From the NCBI GenBank assembly GCA_012295275.1, contig CM022668.1, positions 14,756,001 through 14,820,000 of the forward strand: 64,000 nt of DNA, in the 5' to 3' direction. This document shows, piece by piece, positions 42,261 to 64,000 of the stretch. The number at the start of each line of letters is the position of its first letter. The stretch's first letter is position 1. The notes under the pieces are model-generated. The model ran no database searches, was not told the DNA's origin, and worked only from the letters and a program-made list of their open reading frames with translations. The position numbers and the translations under genes were made by a program. The stretch comes from Chrysomallon squamiferum (lineage: Eukaryota > Animalia > Mollusca).

Positions 42261-42344
42261 GCTTTAAGATGTGGTTCATCACAATCTCCCAAGCAAGCAA
42301 GCAGGCACGCACACAGTCACAAACGTATACAGATATCTGTATAT

Positions 42345-42414
<70 letters not shown>

Positions 42415-42918
42415 AAAATGCAGTATATAATTAGTTACAGCAGTCTTTGTAATGGTAACTATGTTTAGAACAGAAGAAACAGAAGTTAAAACGTCACTCG
42501 TTACACAATGACGTCATTCTTTACTAGACGTAAATAATACATACTCAATTGGACTTAAGAAAAAAAAAGCCCGTTCTCAACAAAAATCCTTAAAAGACTG
42601 AGCTACCGCTGAACCCAAAAATAATAACCCGGAGTTATTTTAGTTTTTGTTTTACAATAACTTGAATAAGCTTCATTTTCTTTTGGATAGTAAATTATTT
42701 TGCGATCACTTTCAGGGCTATATGTACGATACATATTTGGCTGTTGTAATACTTTATTTTCAGATACAAACAGCTCTTTCTCTTTCAATCCAGAATACAT
42801 CATTCATTTTTTTTAGCGAATTCTTAAAAAAAAAAAAAAATTTCAATTATTATTGTTATGTTAATTGTTTTTTATTTGTAATTAAATAGTATTATTTTGG
42901 AAAAAAATTATAATAAAA

Positions 42919-42953
<35 letters not shown>

Positions 42954-43546
42954 AAATAACATTCAAAATATTAAAATAAAATAAGCTATATAAAATATAA
43001 TAAAATAAAAAATAAAATAAATTAAATTAAATATAAATTAAATAAAATTTTAAAAAAAACCCCCTCATCTTTCATCTGATCTTTGTTCAGCTCGTATTTA
43101 TCGGTATTTTATTTAAATATTTTATTCTTTCGCTGGATTAAAAAAGATCAAACAAAAAGTAATCTACGAATTAACGTCACATAACTGAGATTGGTACATG
43201 ATATCCACTTCCTAGGACTGTTTTAAGTATTTTATATGTGTGCTCTTTTGTATTTATGAAAGTATGTTTATGTGCGTGCGCGCATGCGCCCATGCGTGTG
43301 TTATTAATTGTGACGCAAAGGATGTGGTAATGTTTAATAGGTGAACGGTTACTTACCCGATTATCAAAGCCGGACGATTAATTCTGAGAACAATGTCGTA
43401 TGACGTAATAGTGTAACAAACGATTGACGTCACAGCCTCTAATTATCAGCTGAGTTTAGGAGTAATTTGTGAATTTGTAAGAAGAAATTAAGGTACACTG
43501 TCTAGTTTTAGGCTCTAAGATTTCTTTCTTTTCTTTTTGGTTTCAG

Positions 43547-43577
<31 letters not shown>

Positions 43578-43986
43578 ATTTTTTCAATTTCTTCTGTCTT
43601 CTTTTTTTATTTTTTGTTTAATTTATTCTTTATTTCGTTTTATTACATATTTCTTTCCTCATCAATATATAATATAATAGTATAATAAAACAGTTTTAGT
43701 TTGAACCTAAATGAAACTGACCATTATTTCATCAAACTGCATAACTTTGATTAATGTAATTTCAATCATTAATATGAAATCTTAGTTTTTTGACTCATTC
43801 TTTTTTCTTTGTAAGATCTTTTGTTATACCTGTAGTCTATCTAAAATCAGTTTTACAAGGAAGAAGAAGATAATGATTATGAAGAAAAAGAAGATAGAAA
43901 AAGTAGTAGTAGTAGTGGCAGCAGTAGTAGTAGAAGCAGAAGAACAGGAACAAGAAGAAGAAAAAGAAGCCTAGATTTTTTGCTTT

Positions 43987-44124
43987 AAATAACCCTTGCC
44001 TATTCAGTTTCATCCGTTCCAACCAATGCTCTAATAAGTGCATCAAAGGCTGTGGAAATAACACTTGCCTATTCAGTTTCATCCGTTCCAACCAATGCTC
44101 TAATAAGTGCATCAAAGGCTGTGG
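43987..44124. repeat. Near-perfect 69-bp tandem duplication
   Basis: aaataac(c/a)cttgcctattcagtttcatccgttccaaccaatgctctaataagtgcatcaaaggctgtgg at 43987 and 44056, one mismatch. Confidence 0.92.
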
Positions 44125-44969
44125 TACGTGCTTCCCTCTTAATACAAGATCCATCGGTATTAAGACCTTCTTTAATTATTCCTTTACACCATCTTTACTT
44201 TAGTGCAAGGAAACTCAAGGCTTATATTACGATTATGTTAATACTATGTTAATTAACAAAATTTGTAATAGCTGGCTGTTTTGCGGGGAAACTGTTCTTG
44301 TTTCTCCTTTGCGGTTATTGATGGAGATTCATTAGTCTCGAGTGGCTCTTACGTCGACTGACAAATTACCTTCATCTGCCGCAAAACAAAGCCACCCACG
44401 GTTGTTTTTTTTGACGGAACTTCAGTCTTTGCAGTTTCACTGCCCCTTTAACGAAAAAAAAAAAAAAAAGTCTCGGTGCATAGTAATTACCGGGACGGGC
44501 CGCACTGAACAGACACGACGACTTCCACCATCAAACCGCAATTTGTCACCATGTTTGATTGTGTGATGGTGCGATTGCGACACACACAGGTTAAAGAGCG
44601 CAAACTGGCGGCTAAATTCCAATAGCCCTGTTCTTTTGTCGAAAAGCGATTAACGGGGTCGGTTTTTTTTTTTTTTTTTTTTCTACTTGTTTTGGCCACT
44701 TTAATTCTTCTCGGCTTGATCGGTCTTGCATGCTTTCTTTGTAGTGTTTGAGATTTCCGACAGGACCGCTGTCAACTACTTTAAATTGCTGACGCGCGTG
44801 CCTTTATGAACACTGAGCAGAAGGTATTTTTGCAAACAACAGGTATTGAAATTAAGAGAGAAAAAAAAAAGAAAAAAGAAAAAGAAAAAGAATTTGCCGA
44901 TGAAGAATGAAGGAAAATTGTTCAGATGTAGCTTTTATATTGACAGCGGTTAAAAATTTCAAATGTTTT

Positions 44970-45051
<82 letters not shown>

Positions 45052-47008
45052 TAAATGAATAAATAATAATAAAATAGTGAAACAGTAAAATTAAAAGATA
45101 ATTAAGATTGCAACACAGACGTATCAAAACATAAAAAAAAAAAACAACATCTCTATGAAAGGAACAAAAACATCTTGTCTCAAAAGAAAATATATATATT
45201 TTTTTTTTCCCCACTTCGTTATTAACGTCTTTCTTTATTACCGGAAAGCCGAGCTATTTTCCCACGTTTATTTGAGCGCACCGCGTTTAAGAGTATCGTT
45301 TCTATTTGCTACTTGTCAACAGGGATAAAGATACGCGAAACACCGCAAAGAACCGCAAACGTGACAAGATAACGTCAAGTATAAGAGCTGTCGTTCTCTT
45401 CATTATATTAACGGGGAAAAATGACCTTGTCAGTGAAAGTATGGATTCCAGCAGAGCTCGGAGAGGCGGAAGGATACACTGAGACATGCGCGTGCTTGCC
45501 AACAGCGTCATGTATCGTCTGTCATTTGTATAAATAAAAGACTGTTGTTTTGACACATAGCCGGCTGGTGTAACAAATTGCCAGAAGATTAAAATGCAGG
45601 TAGATGATGTACGTTGTTGACGATTTGGTTTTTGGTGTTTATGGTATTTGTATCTGTTAAGCCGTTTGACAGAAGAAACCTGTTTTGACGATCAGCGATT
45701 AAACGAATAAATAAACAGTATAAATAAATTCTGCTACTGCTGTTGCTGCTAGCAATACTGATTACTATTACTTGTTTCATTTAAAAAGAGAGAGAGAAAA
45801 AAAGAAAAAAAGAAATCTGAACAACACTTATGATGATTCTAAAAAGGAAAAAAATTAATAATAAAAAAGTACTAATGGTAATGATAATAACAACAACAAG
45901 ATTTTCTTGACGATTGGAGTTATTATCATAATTATCATCTTGTTTATGATTAAAACATTGGGAAATATAAGGCTTAAAAAAAAATAATAATAATAATAAG
46001 GAACTAGTAATGATAAATGACAATAATAAAACAAAACAATAAATCGAAAACAAAAAATAATTAAAAAAATTGTAGAAATTAAAAAGAAAAACTTTATGTC
46101 ATTCCATTTTACAAAATAATAATTTATTGAACATTATTAGCGAAACCTAGTGAACGTCGGTTATTTCATAAATAATTATTTTAGTTTAAAAAACAAGAAA
46201 AACAACAAAAAAAGGAAAACAAAATGGCTGTGACGGAATTTCCTTAATTTATCGATTCCCACTTTGCACCTGTCCAGACTTTGCACGACAAAGACAAGAT
46301 TAATTGACCGTAACCGATTTTTAAAAAAAAAATAAAAAAATAAAAATAAGAAAAAGTTTTTAATGAATCTTCTTTTCCGTGCTTACATTCATCTAACAGC
46401 TCTGCAGCGAGTTCAAGGGTCTCACATCTGTATTTAGAAATTTGTAATTAAAAAAATGGAGTCTAGACGTTCAGATATGCATCAACTGCTGACTGAAATC
46501 AACGTCACGTGAGCTTAAAATAGAACTGATCCAAAAAAAAAAAAAAAAAAGAAGAAAGTAAAGGAAAAAGAAAAAGAAAAAGAACGATTAAATTGGCGTA
46601 GTTATTTTTATTTTTTTATTTAATTTTTTTAAATAGTTCTTTCTTCATCTTCTTCGCGTTTACTTTTCTTTCTTTCTGTCCCGGTTTATTTTATTTATTT
46701 TTCTTTTCGTTTTTCTTTTTCTTTTACTTTTGTATTTGTTCATTTGTCTTCGGTAAAGTTTCAGTGTCATGAAAACTTCGGCTTTTTTTTTTTTTAAATT
46801 CTTATTTGAATCTTCTTTAGAAAACGAAAATTTTTACACAACTGTTTGAAAATAATCAGTATTATAATCAACATAAAGTTGCAAAATCTTTTACTTTTTA
46901 AATACTATTAATTAATTAATTATTATTATTTATTAACTTTTGCATGCGTGTGCATATATCTATCTATATTTTTCTGTCAATCTTTCTATCTCTCTCTGTC
47001 TATCTATA

Positions 47009-47049
<41 letters not shown>

Positions 47050-47908
47050 CCTCAGAATACACGAAGACAAAATATACTCTATTTTGCAAAGATGTGTGCA
47101 CGATATGTAACGAAAACTGATTTTGTTTTGAATCCACTTTTCCTATTGCAATAAAAATTCAGGTGTCAAACAGTTTTGACCTTTTCTTACGTAAATAAGT
47201 ATCTCGTTTGACTTACGACAATCGTAAATACTTTTTAAACTGTTATTTCAACATTACTGACGAGATATGTGAAAAGCTGGATATAACAGGATGTTTAATG
47301 TAAACTAACCTTTACTGCAATGAAAAAGAAAGGGTGAAAGATGGATGGATGGATAGATGGATGGATAAATAAAAGGACAAATATGTAATACGAAAGATGA
47401 AAGGAAACAAAATAAATGAAATATTAATGATATTTGTAAAATAAAGGAAACGAAACAGTTAAATAGAATTAAAGGTAATTATACTAAACAAATTAAAACA
47501 GCACGATAAAAAAAGAAGAAATGAATGAATTAATATATAATATTATAAAATAAAACTTAAAGTAATGAATAGATAGAAAAATAATTAAGTAAACAAACAA
47601 ACAGAAATAAATAAATAAATAAATAAATAAAAATAGAAAGAAACATTAATAACAAATAAATAAGATGAGAAATTAATTTCTATTTTATTTCACATAACAT
47701 GACAAATGCATTTTATAATATTTATAATAAAGTATAAGTTAGATGCGGTCAGTTTTTAAGATGCCTATAAAAGAACTCTGATATCTTTGTGAGACAATAA
47801 TAACAATAACAATAATAATAATAATAATAAAATAAAAAATTGAAAATTATTTTGAGCAGAAAGTGATGAACTTTATTTTAGCTAAACCTAATTATATGAT
47901 CTCTTTAG

Positions 47909-47976
<68 letters not shown>

Positions 47977-48207
47977 GAACTATCACTGTAACATTATTTC
48001 ATCAAAATTTAAAAAAAACAAAAAAAAAAAAAAAAATGTAGAATAAAAATAATAGAAAATAATGAAACAAGAATAACGTCGTATCTAAAACGAAAGGATA
48101 TGTTTTCAGTTCGACGAATAAAGAATATAAATGCACAAAACCAATACGCAATAAAATAAAACAAAAGATAAATGATAATTCTTTAGAAATTACAGATTCT
48201 ACCAGGC

Positions 48208-48277
<70 letters not shown>

Positions 48278-48810
48278 AAAATAATAATAATAATAAACGA
48301 ACACCCAATTTAGAACAGTTTCAACGACGCTCTTACGGAAATGACGTCACGTCTCATCACAGCCTTTAATATTGTTCATACGCATCGTCAAAGAGTTCGA
48401 CACACAAAAAGTCAAATAATAACATGAACACCTTGCCCAGTGTTCCCAGAATACAACGCGCCTCAAAGGAATCTCGTACCTAAATCGTAATTAAAACAAC
48501 ACACAACAGTTTGTAGCAAATACATACGAGAGATTTTGTTATGAAAACAAATTATTCGAAACTTCCAGCGAATCCTCGATTACCCAAGCTGTCGCTGTTA
48601 AATAACAGAACAAAATGTCTATAGTTATAGAGACTATGTATACATACGGTTTTTTTTGTTTTTTGTTGCTTTTACTTTATTTAAAAGTTATAAAAAGAAC
48701 ATAAGTACGTACGTATGTAGGTAGGTACATACATACACACTTTAGCTGTTAGGAACAGTCTGATTTATGATTTTGTTTCTGTGTGTGTGTGTGTGTGTGT
48801 GTGTCTGTGT

Positions 48811-48861
<51 letters not shown>

Positions 48862-49403
48862 TGTATATGTATTTGTCTATATGTAAGACTATGTATAAAA
48901 TATATTTATTTAGATTTTATATTTATTATTATTATTTTTTTTTAACATTAAATTATACCTTTTTTCATTAGTTATTCGTATTATTATTTTTTGTAGAAAA
49001 TCATATTTCTTAATTTAATTTTATTAGAAAATTTAAATTATATATATATATATATATATATAAATGTATGTTTCATATATGTATGCATGTTTATATATAC
49101 ACATTTACCTACAGACGTATATGATTTGACATGATTTCTGCTCTGTATTTGTATATGCCACGTCATAATTCTCTCACCTGAGTTAGCTATTGTCGTCATA
49201 TACATATATGTATATATATATACTTAAATATTCATACAGCCAGAAAAGACTGTTCGTTTTGATACCGAAAGCAATAATATATACAAAAAATATCACATCA
49301 TACGAATTCAGTGACGTCATAATTAATTTGCATAAAAACTCCACTATCTGGGTTTGAAACTATCCCATTTTTTATAATATTTAATAATTTACTTTTTATC
49401 TTC

Positions 49404-49439
<36 letters not shown>

Positions 49440-49597
49440 TCACTATTTTCATAGAAGTTATCACAACAAATAATATTCACAAAAATAACATGAATTTCAA
49501 TAGTTTGCATAGAACGGCTTGGTTTATAAGCATTTATGGCAAATTATTAATTAGGTTTCGTTTTTGCGTGTTTGAAAAGATTTGTGTATTTGTGTGC

Positions 49598-49649
<52 letters not shown>

Positions 49650-50129
49650 TGGATAGATAGATAGATAGACAGACATGTAGAGAGAGAGCGAGAGATATAC
49701 AGCAGACATGAGTACAAATGTTGTATATATGTGAAAATAATGTGTATGTGTGTGTGTGTGTGTTGGTTTATGTCTGTACGTTTGTGTGTAAACGTGTGCA
49801 CATCATCTACATTATTATTCACATCCACATTATTTAATTTATGGCAAATGTACATTCTCTTTTAATCATATATTGCTAAGGCAATCGTCGCCATTGTTTT
49901 TACCCGATTGAATGCGTCAGCTCTTCTGAAATATTCGAAAACACAGAAACTCGAGTTATGTGTCACCTGCTTTTCTGAATATTCGAAAGAAGTAAAAAAA
50001 AAAAAAAAAAGGTACCCGGTGTATTGGTCACCAGTTGTGAATACTCGAAAACGCACACGGCCCACTGTTTCAGGGGGTGGTGGTGGTGGTGGTGGGATGG
50101 TGGTGGTGGTTCAAACGGCCTTGACCTTG

Positions 50130-57424
<7,295 letters not shown>

Positions 57425-57720
57425 CTGAAAATTAGAAATAAATAAAATTAAATTTTAAAATAAATAAATAAGTTAATAAGTAAAGAAATAAAATAAAATG
57501 AAACAGTATAAAAGAAATAAAGAAAAAAAAAAAAACCCCAACTATTTCTGCTGATTCTGCTTTTAACATTATTACTAGTACCAGTAATAGAGCTGTTACA
57601 TTTACTATTACTACTACTACTATTAATGCTATAACTATTTCTAATACTTACAATAAAATAAATAAATAAATAAATAAAATACTGAACTTATTCTAAATAT
57701 AATCATCTTATTTATTTATT

Positions 57721-57813
<93 letters not shown>

Positions 57814-57883
57814 ATTATTATTACTGCCATTATTATTAGCATTAGTATTAGTATAATATTTATTACTGTTGTTGTTACTGTTA

Positions 57884-57933
<50 letters not shown>

Positions 57934-58441
57934 ACTATTATTATAACTATTATTATTATTATTATTACTATTTCCAAAGTCATTTTAATAATGTCAAGAA
58001 TTTAAATCTAGCGTAGATCAAAGTAATCCGATATTGAACACACAAAAACCTGTCAGCTGATCTCTGGAACTCTTACACAGGTCACGAAGATGTGAGCAAG
58101 TGGCACTAAATACATAATAAGCATTTACGTACCAACACCTGTAATTTGCACAAGCAGATTTTCTACCTGAACAGAACGCAATGTCTCTACTTTCACTTCA
58201 AGTCTGTGCAGAGATTTTTTCGCTATAATCGTTTCTCTGTTAGGCGCGGTTCTAGTGGGTTTGTAAACAGATATCTACAGTTAAAATTTTCCGATTGATA
58301 TTTTTATTTATTTATAATCGCTCTCATTTGCTTCTTGCTGTTGTTGTTGTTGTTGAATTAATTTTAATTACTGGGTTTTTTTTTTTTGGAATTACCATGA
58401 TTATAATGGCAGCAGATTCCCCGTTTCCAAAGCTTGATCTT

Positions 58442-58522
<81 letters not shown>

Positions 58523-58649
58523 TTTCTCTCTCTCTCTATCTATCTGTCTATTTCTTACTCTCTGTCTCTCTCTCTCTCTCTCTCTCTTACTTTCTCGCTA
58601 TCTCTATTTCTTCAAAAAATAACTTACAACCTTTACAAAAACTACAAAG

Positions 58650-58720
<71 letters not shown>

Positions 58721-59339
58721 AATTAAAACACACAAAAAACGTCAGACCATCGTTTACAAAATTCCCACCCTTATTTTTATTTATTTTATTTATTTTTGTT
58801 TTTTGTTGGAACCGGCCCTGTTAGCCATCGCGGATTATTTTCTTGGTGTAGATAAAACGAATCACTGGTTTAGCTAATTCGGCTTTATCTGCAAGCAGGC
58901 CACTCAACGAAGATAAAACAATCAAATCGCGTTGTATCTCGCGAGAACACGAGCGTACATGTCTTTCGTCTGCGGTTTACCACGAGAAGTTAATTAGTTT
59001 CTAAACAACCTACAGCATTAACCGGCTTGATAAAAGGGGTTTCTTCACATTTAGTTCATGTCGCCATTAATGTTAGAAGCAGAGCCGTAAAAAATATCGG
59101 TGTTAACGAAACGCAACGTATTTTCGATAATGCCATGATTTCGTGTTTTGCTTACATGTTGATTTGATAAATGAAATATCTGATGCATTATTTTGGTATC
59201 GTACAGGTTGCAGATGTCTAAGTATTAACTGTGTATATATTTTAAGTATTTTTACATAACATCTAGCTATTAATTATTAAATATTTTTTTAATTATAAAT
59301 TTAAAAAAAACATTTTAATTATTGAATTTTTCAAAAATA

Positions 59340-59373
<34 letters not shown>

Positions 59374-59527
59374 AAAAAATTTTGTTGCCTACAAAAAAAC
59401 CCCATCGACAGTTAATAATAGAAGATAATCCTTTTCTACATCGTTTTAAAATAAATCTTAAATTTCAGGCCAAAATCGAAATAGTCATATTTACATTTGT
59501 ATATTCCTTCTAAACAAAATGATAAAC

Positions 59528-59587
<60 letters not shown>

Positions 59588-60561
59588 ATCTCAAAATATT
59601 AAAATATTAATATTCAAATTCATCTGATTCTTTAAAAATTATGTTATGTGGACTTTCTTGAAATTTTAATTAAATATTTAATATCAACCAACATACTGTT
59701 TCAAGTATTTGCCATTCAAACATTTTTAAATATTACTCAAGTGGATGGTTCAAAAAATAATTATTTCTAAACTGTTAAAATTTCAGTGGAAGCGTGTCTT
59801 AAAAAAGTCATTTTTGCGACAAAACATTTCCCTTGTTTTGTTTTTGATTTTTTTTTTTTTGCATTCTTGAATCCAGCGATTCTTCAAGTTGTTTAAAATC
59901 TCGTTTACTGAACCATCCTGAACCTTCAGGTGTTGGTAAATCACAGTACGTCATATTTCACGTTCAAACATATTTCTTTTTTTTTTTTTTTTTTTTTCTT
60001 TCTTTCTCTTCCTTGTTTTAAAAAAGATGTTAAAGGTGCCCGAGGCGTTACTTAAGACTTTATTTATGTGTTTTGAAACGCGCTACATGTTTTCTTCTAA
60101 AATAAAACACCATTCCCACCCCCCACCCAAAGTCTGTTGCCGTGCAGAACAATCGGATGAGCCAGATGCCCAATTACAAATGGCCGGCGAGTGTAGATAC
60201 TCGGAAACGATTAATGAAACAGCGATTAGTTGGCAAGTGCTTTTACAATGGGTTCCTGAGAGATTTATGTCAGGTGTCGAAAGTGGCTTTTGTTAAATTG
60301 GCATGGCGCGGTGGCAGAACCAGACCCGCTTTTAAATCGGGATGTCCTGCCACGTGTTATCGCGTATTTGGGGTTGTGCGCGATTAATGCTAGTTGTTGT
60401 TTGTTCTCTCTCTGTATCTTTTTCTCTGTTTTCTCCTTTGTTTTTTTTTTTTTTTTTTTTTTTTTTTATTGGTTCTCTCTCTGTCTGTCTGTCTGTTTGT
60501 CTACCTCTCTCTCTTCTTTTCTCTCTCATTTCTCTCATTCCATTTTTTTCTGATTGCTTCT

Positions 60562-60639
<78 letters not shown>

Positions 60640-60983
60640 TTTATTATTCATTAGCATACCCCCGATCTTCATAATTGTCTGTTAATGAATCAAAAATGAT
60701 CTGAATATTTTGGTCATCTTTTCAACACACGATACATAAAATATTTCAAAGCCAGTTTAAAAATAATATTACCAAACATTCATCAGACCGAGTTTGATAC
60801 GAGAGAATATTCACTACTCACAAAATAAATAAGACATTCTTCCTCTCACCCGTTTACTGTCCGTTCCTGTCTTATCTCTCACATAAACTTCACAATTCTC
60901 ATTTACGTCAGCTCTATCTACATGTTAACAGACTTGTGTAACAGAGAAACCAGCTCTTAGACAACTAGATGTTTAGTACAGCG

Positions 60984-61073
<90 letters not shown>

Positions 61074-61149
61074 CGACTCTCTCTCTCGCTCTCTCTCTCA
61101 GTCTGTCTCTCTCTCCCTCCCTTCCCCTGAATCTCTCTCTCTCTTTCTC

Positions 61150-61183
<34 letters not shown>

Positions 61184-61221
61184 AGTCTGTATCTCTGTAC
61201 CTTCCCCTGAATCTCTCTCTG

Positions 61222-61253
<32 letters not shown>

Positions 61254-62119
61254 TGTCTCTCTGTGTCTCTAATTCTCTCTCTCTCTGATTTATACGTATA
61301 TCATGGACGTATGTATGTATGTATGAAATAGAAAGAAAGAAAGATGCAGAGAGAGAGAGAGACAGACACACATACACACACAGTCACACACATGCCACGA
61401 TAAACAAATTTATTATCTTTTTATTATTTATTATTTGCTCTGTTTATAACCCTGATTACGCTGACGTTAAAGCTTATCACTGACCGGCACGAAAATAACG
61501 AGAACAGCGTTCATCTGCTGATATTCGTGAATCGGTCACTCGTCACTATTTCCTAACGCGGAGGAATACGTTACCAAACTGTACCGTCTGCGTTTCTGTT
61601 TCTTCAGCTGACTTGCGCGAGGAATGCACGAGAGAGCTATTAGCTCCAAGCGCGCGCGCGCGCACTAGCGTCGAATATAGACCAGCGTTTACGACCTACT
61701 AAACATACTTTCCTTGATTCGTAAATAGTCATTTAGCAAGATCAAACATTTGCCACCATACAAGCAATCTCTGTGTTAAGAGGCTCTTCACGATGATCCT
61801 TGACCCGTGGAGATCTAACGTTCGCACGCGCTGTGACGTCGATATTACGTCGATGACAGACGGTGAAATTCTATCAAGGATAAGCTGAGATACGGAGAAA
61901 TTTTCAGCATATTTACAAGATTACGAAAATATCCCCTATTTGTAAATATGTCGTGATCACACAAGATGTTTTTTAATACGGGGAAAAAGGTGGGGGGTAT
62001 GGACCTAATTTGTTTTGATGTGTTCTTTCAAAAAAAAAAAAAAAAAAAAAAAAGTCTTGAGAAAGCGAGAAAGAGCATGCGAGAGACAAGGGCAATGAGC
62101 ACTATATATATATATGTAT

Positions 62120-62197
<78 letters not shown>

Positions 62198-62264
62198 AAT
62201 GAATTATTAATAAAAATTTCGTTCAGTAAGAATATAAATCAGCCTACATTTTCACTTCGTTTTA

Positions 62265-62303
<39 letters not shown>

Positions 62304-62715
62304 AACTGATAATAATAACATAATATATAACGTAATAGTAGTAACAATAGAACCAGTAAAAACTTATACACAGACAAAATAAAGTATGCATATATATGCT
62401 TACTTATTAATAAAATATAAACGCATGCATTAATACAGATACATTATTATTATTACTGCTATTTCTATTATTACTACTACTACTACCACCACTACCACTA
62501 CCACCACTAACAACAGCTACAGGTACCAGAACAAAGCTAGCCGGCAGCCAGAAAACCAACTGTGATTATTTGAATCTAATAAATAACTTTTGTTTGTTTT
62601 GTTTTTTTACTGTTTATTGTATATATATAAAATACAGGTCCGGAAGAACCGGATAATCAACAAATCTGGTTCATCCCAGGTCCCAAGATTACTGGATAAA
62701 TGGTATGGTAACCGT

Positions 62716-62758
<43 letters not shown>

Positions 62759-62762
62759 CTAT

Positions 62763-62794
<32 letters not shown>

Positions 62795-62858
62795 TTCCTC
62801 CTCCTCCTACTAGTGCTATTACTACTACTACTACTTCTAATACTATCACTACCACTAT

Positions 62859-62895
<37 letters not shown>

Positions 62896-63042
62896 GCTGC
62901 TGCTGCTACTTCTGTTACTGTTACTACTGCTGTTGTCGTTGTATTGCTCATGTTATTGCTATTGCAATTGCTATTATTATTGTTGTTATTGTTATTGTCG
63001 TTGTTGTTAATCATTGTTGTTGTTTTTATGATTACCATGAAG

Positions 63043-63073
<31 letters not shown>

Positions 63074-63842
63074 AATAATAATAATAACAAAAATTAAATT
63101 TAAAAAAATAATTTCTTAGTAATATATTAATCTTTCATCTGTTTCATGAGAAAGTCAGGTGCACTTTAATTTAAACAGCAGATGACGTAAACAATTCTTC
63201 GTGATGGCGTGCTTAAACCAGCCAATCAGCGGTCGATGTCAGCGGAATCATCTAGATAGACAGTGTCATTATCAACAATTTATTTTTCGTCCGCGTTTTT
63301 GCGTGGACCTTAAGACTGCGGTGTCGACATTTGTAAACAGTTTACGTAAACTGTCGGCGTAAGTGATGTGTATTGGGACAAAATTACCATCAACAGGTTT
63401 ATTTATAGTTCAGCATCTGCCGAAATATTGTCACTATGTCAGAAGTCTGCTGTTTTCTGCTGCTTGTAATGAATTTATAATATATCAATACAAAATAGAT
63501 TTCAGAAAAAAAGGGAGATAGAATAGGGACATAGTTATTAATTAATATGCGTGTGTATGTGTATCTAAAAATGTGCGTGTATGTATGCATGTTTGTGAGT
63601 ATGTGTGTATATATGTATGTAAGTAAGAATGTGTATGTGTATGTGTACATGCATATGTTTGCATATGTGTGGTATGTATGTATATGTATGTATGTATGTA
63701 TGTATAATAATAATGGGTTTTTTCTTGGGATGAATATTTGTGTTTATGTATGTGAGTGCGTATGTGTGTGTTTCTCTCTCTCATTTATACTGTATGCTGG
63801 TGTGTCACGTATATACGTCTGTACGTGTGTAAAATTAAGTAG

Positions 63843-63923
<81 letters not shown>

Positions 63924-64000
63924 CGCTGTACTAAACATCTAGTTGTCTAAGAGCTGGTTTCTCTGTTACACAAGTCTGTTAACACGTAGATAGAACTGAC

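Noticed and set aside
57425-64000. Searched for the upstream Wnt9 exon (CQ.QF..ERWNC) and signal-peptide exon
   Set aside because: No matching segment seen; ORFs at 60027-60387 show no Wnt features. The exons probably lie beyond the window.

Overview
AT-rich, microsatellite-dense animal genomic DNA with spliceosomal GT-AG introns. The gene content and repeat style suggest a lophotrochozoan, probably a mollusc (inference). A 200-N scaffold gap (22191-22390) splits the window into two very different contigs. The left contig holds a degenerate ~2-2.4 kb-period array of hAT transposase remnants with a recent ~1.2 kb duplication, a hAT-type MITE with an 8-bp TSD, a decayed Tc1 transposase, a disrupted GIMAP/AIG1 GTPase gene bracketed by inverted repeats, minisatellites, and the 3' exons of a chitin synthase (minus strand) full of indels and a nonsense codon. 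The right contig holds a complete, clean 21-exon NSF gene (739 aa, + strand, 23066-37471) lying tail-to-tail with the last two coding exons of a Wnt9 orthologue (minus strand, 50130-57424). The most interesting signals are the NSF-Wnt9 linkage echoing human NSF-WNT3-WNT9B, repeated tandem amplification of exon-end/donor junctions inside NSF introns, and a sharp CpG boundary near 42.3 kb. I found no evidence for a wholly new biochemical system, and most ORF-track entries are microsatellite artefacts.
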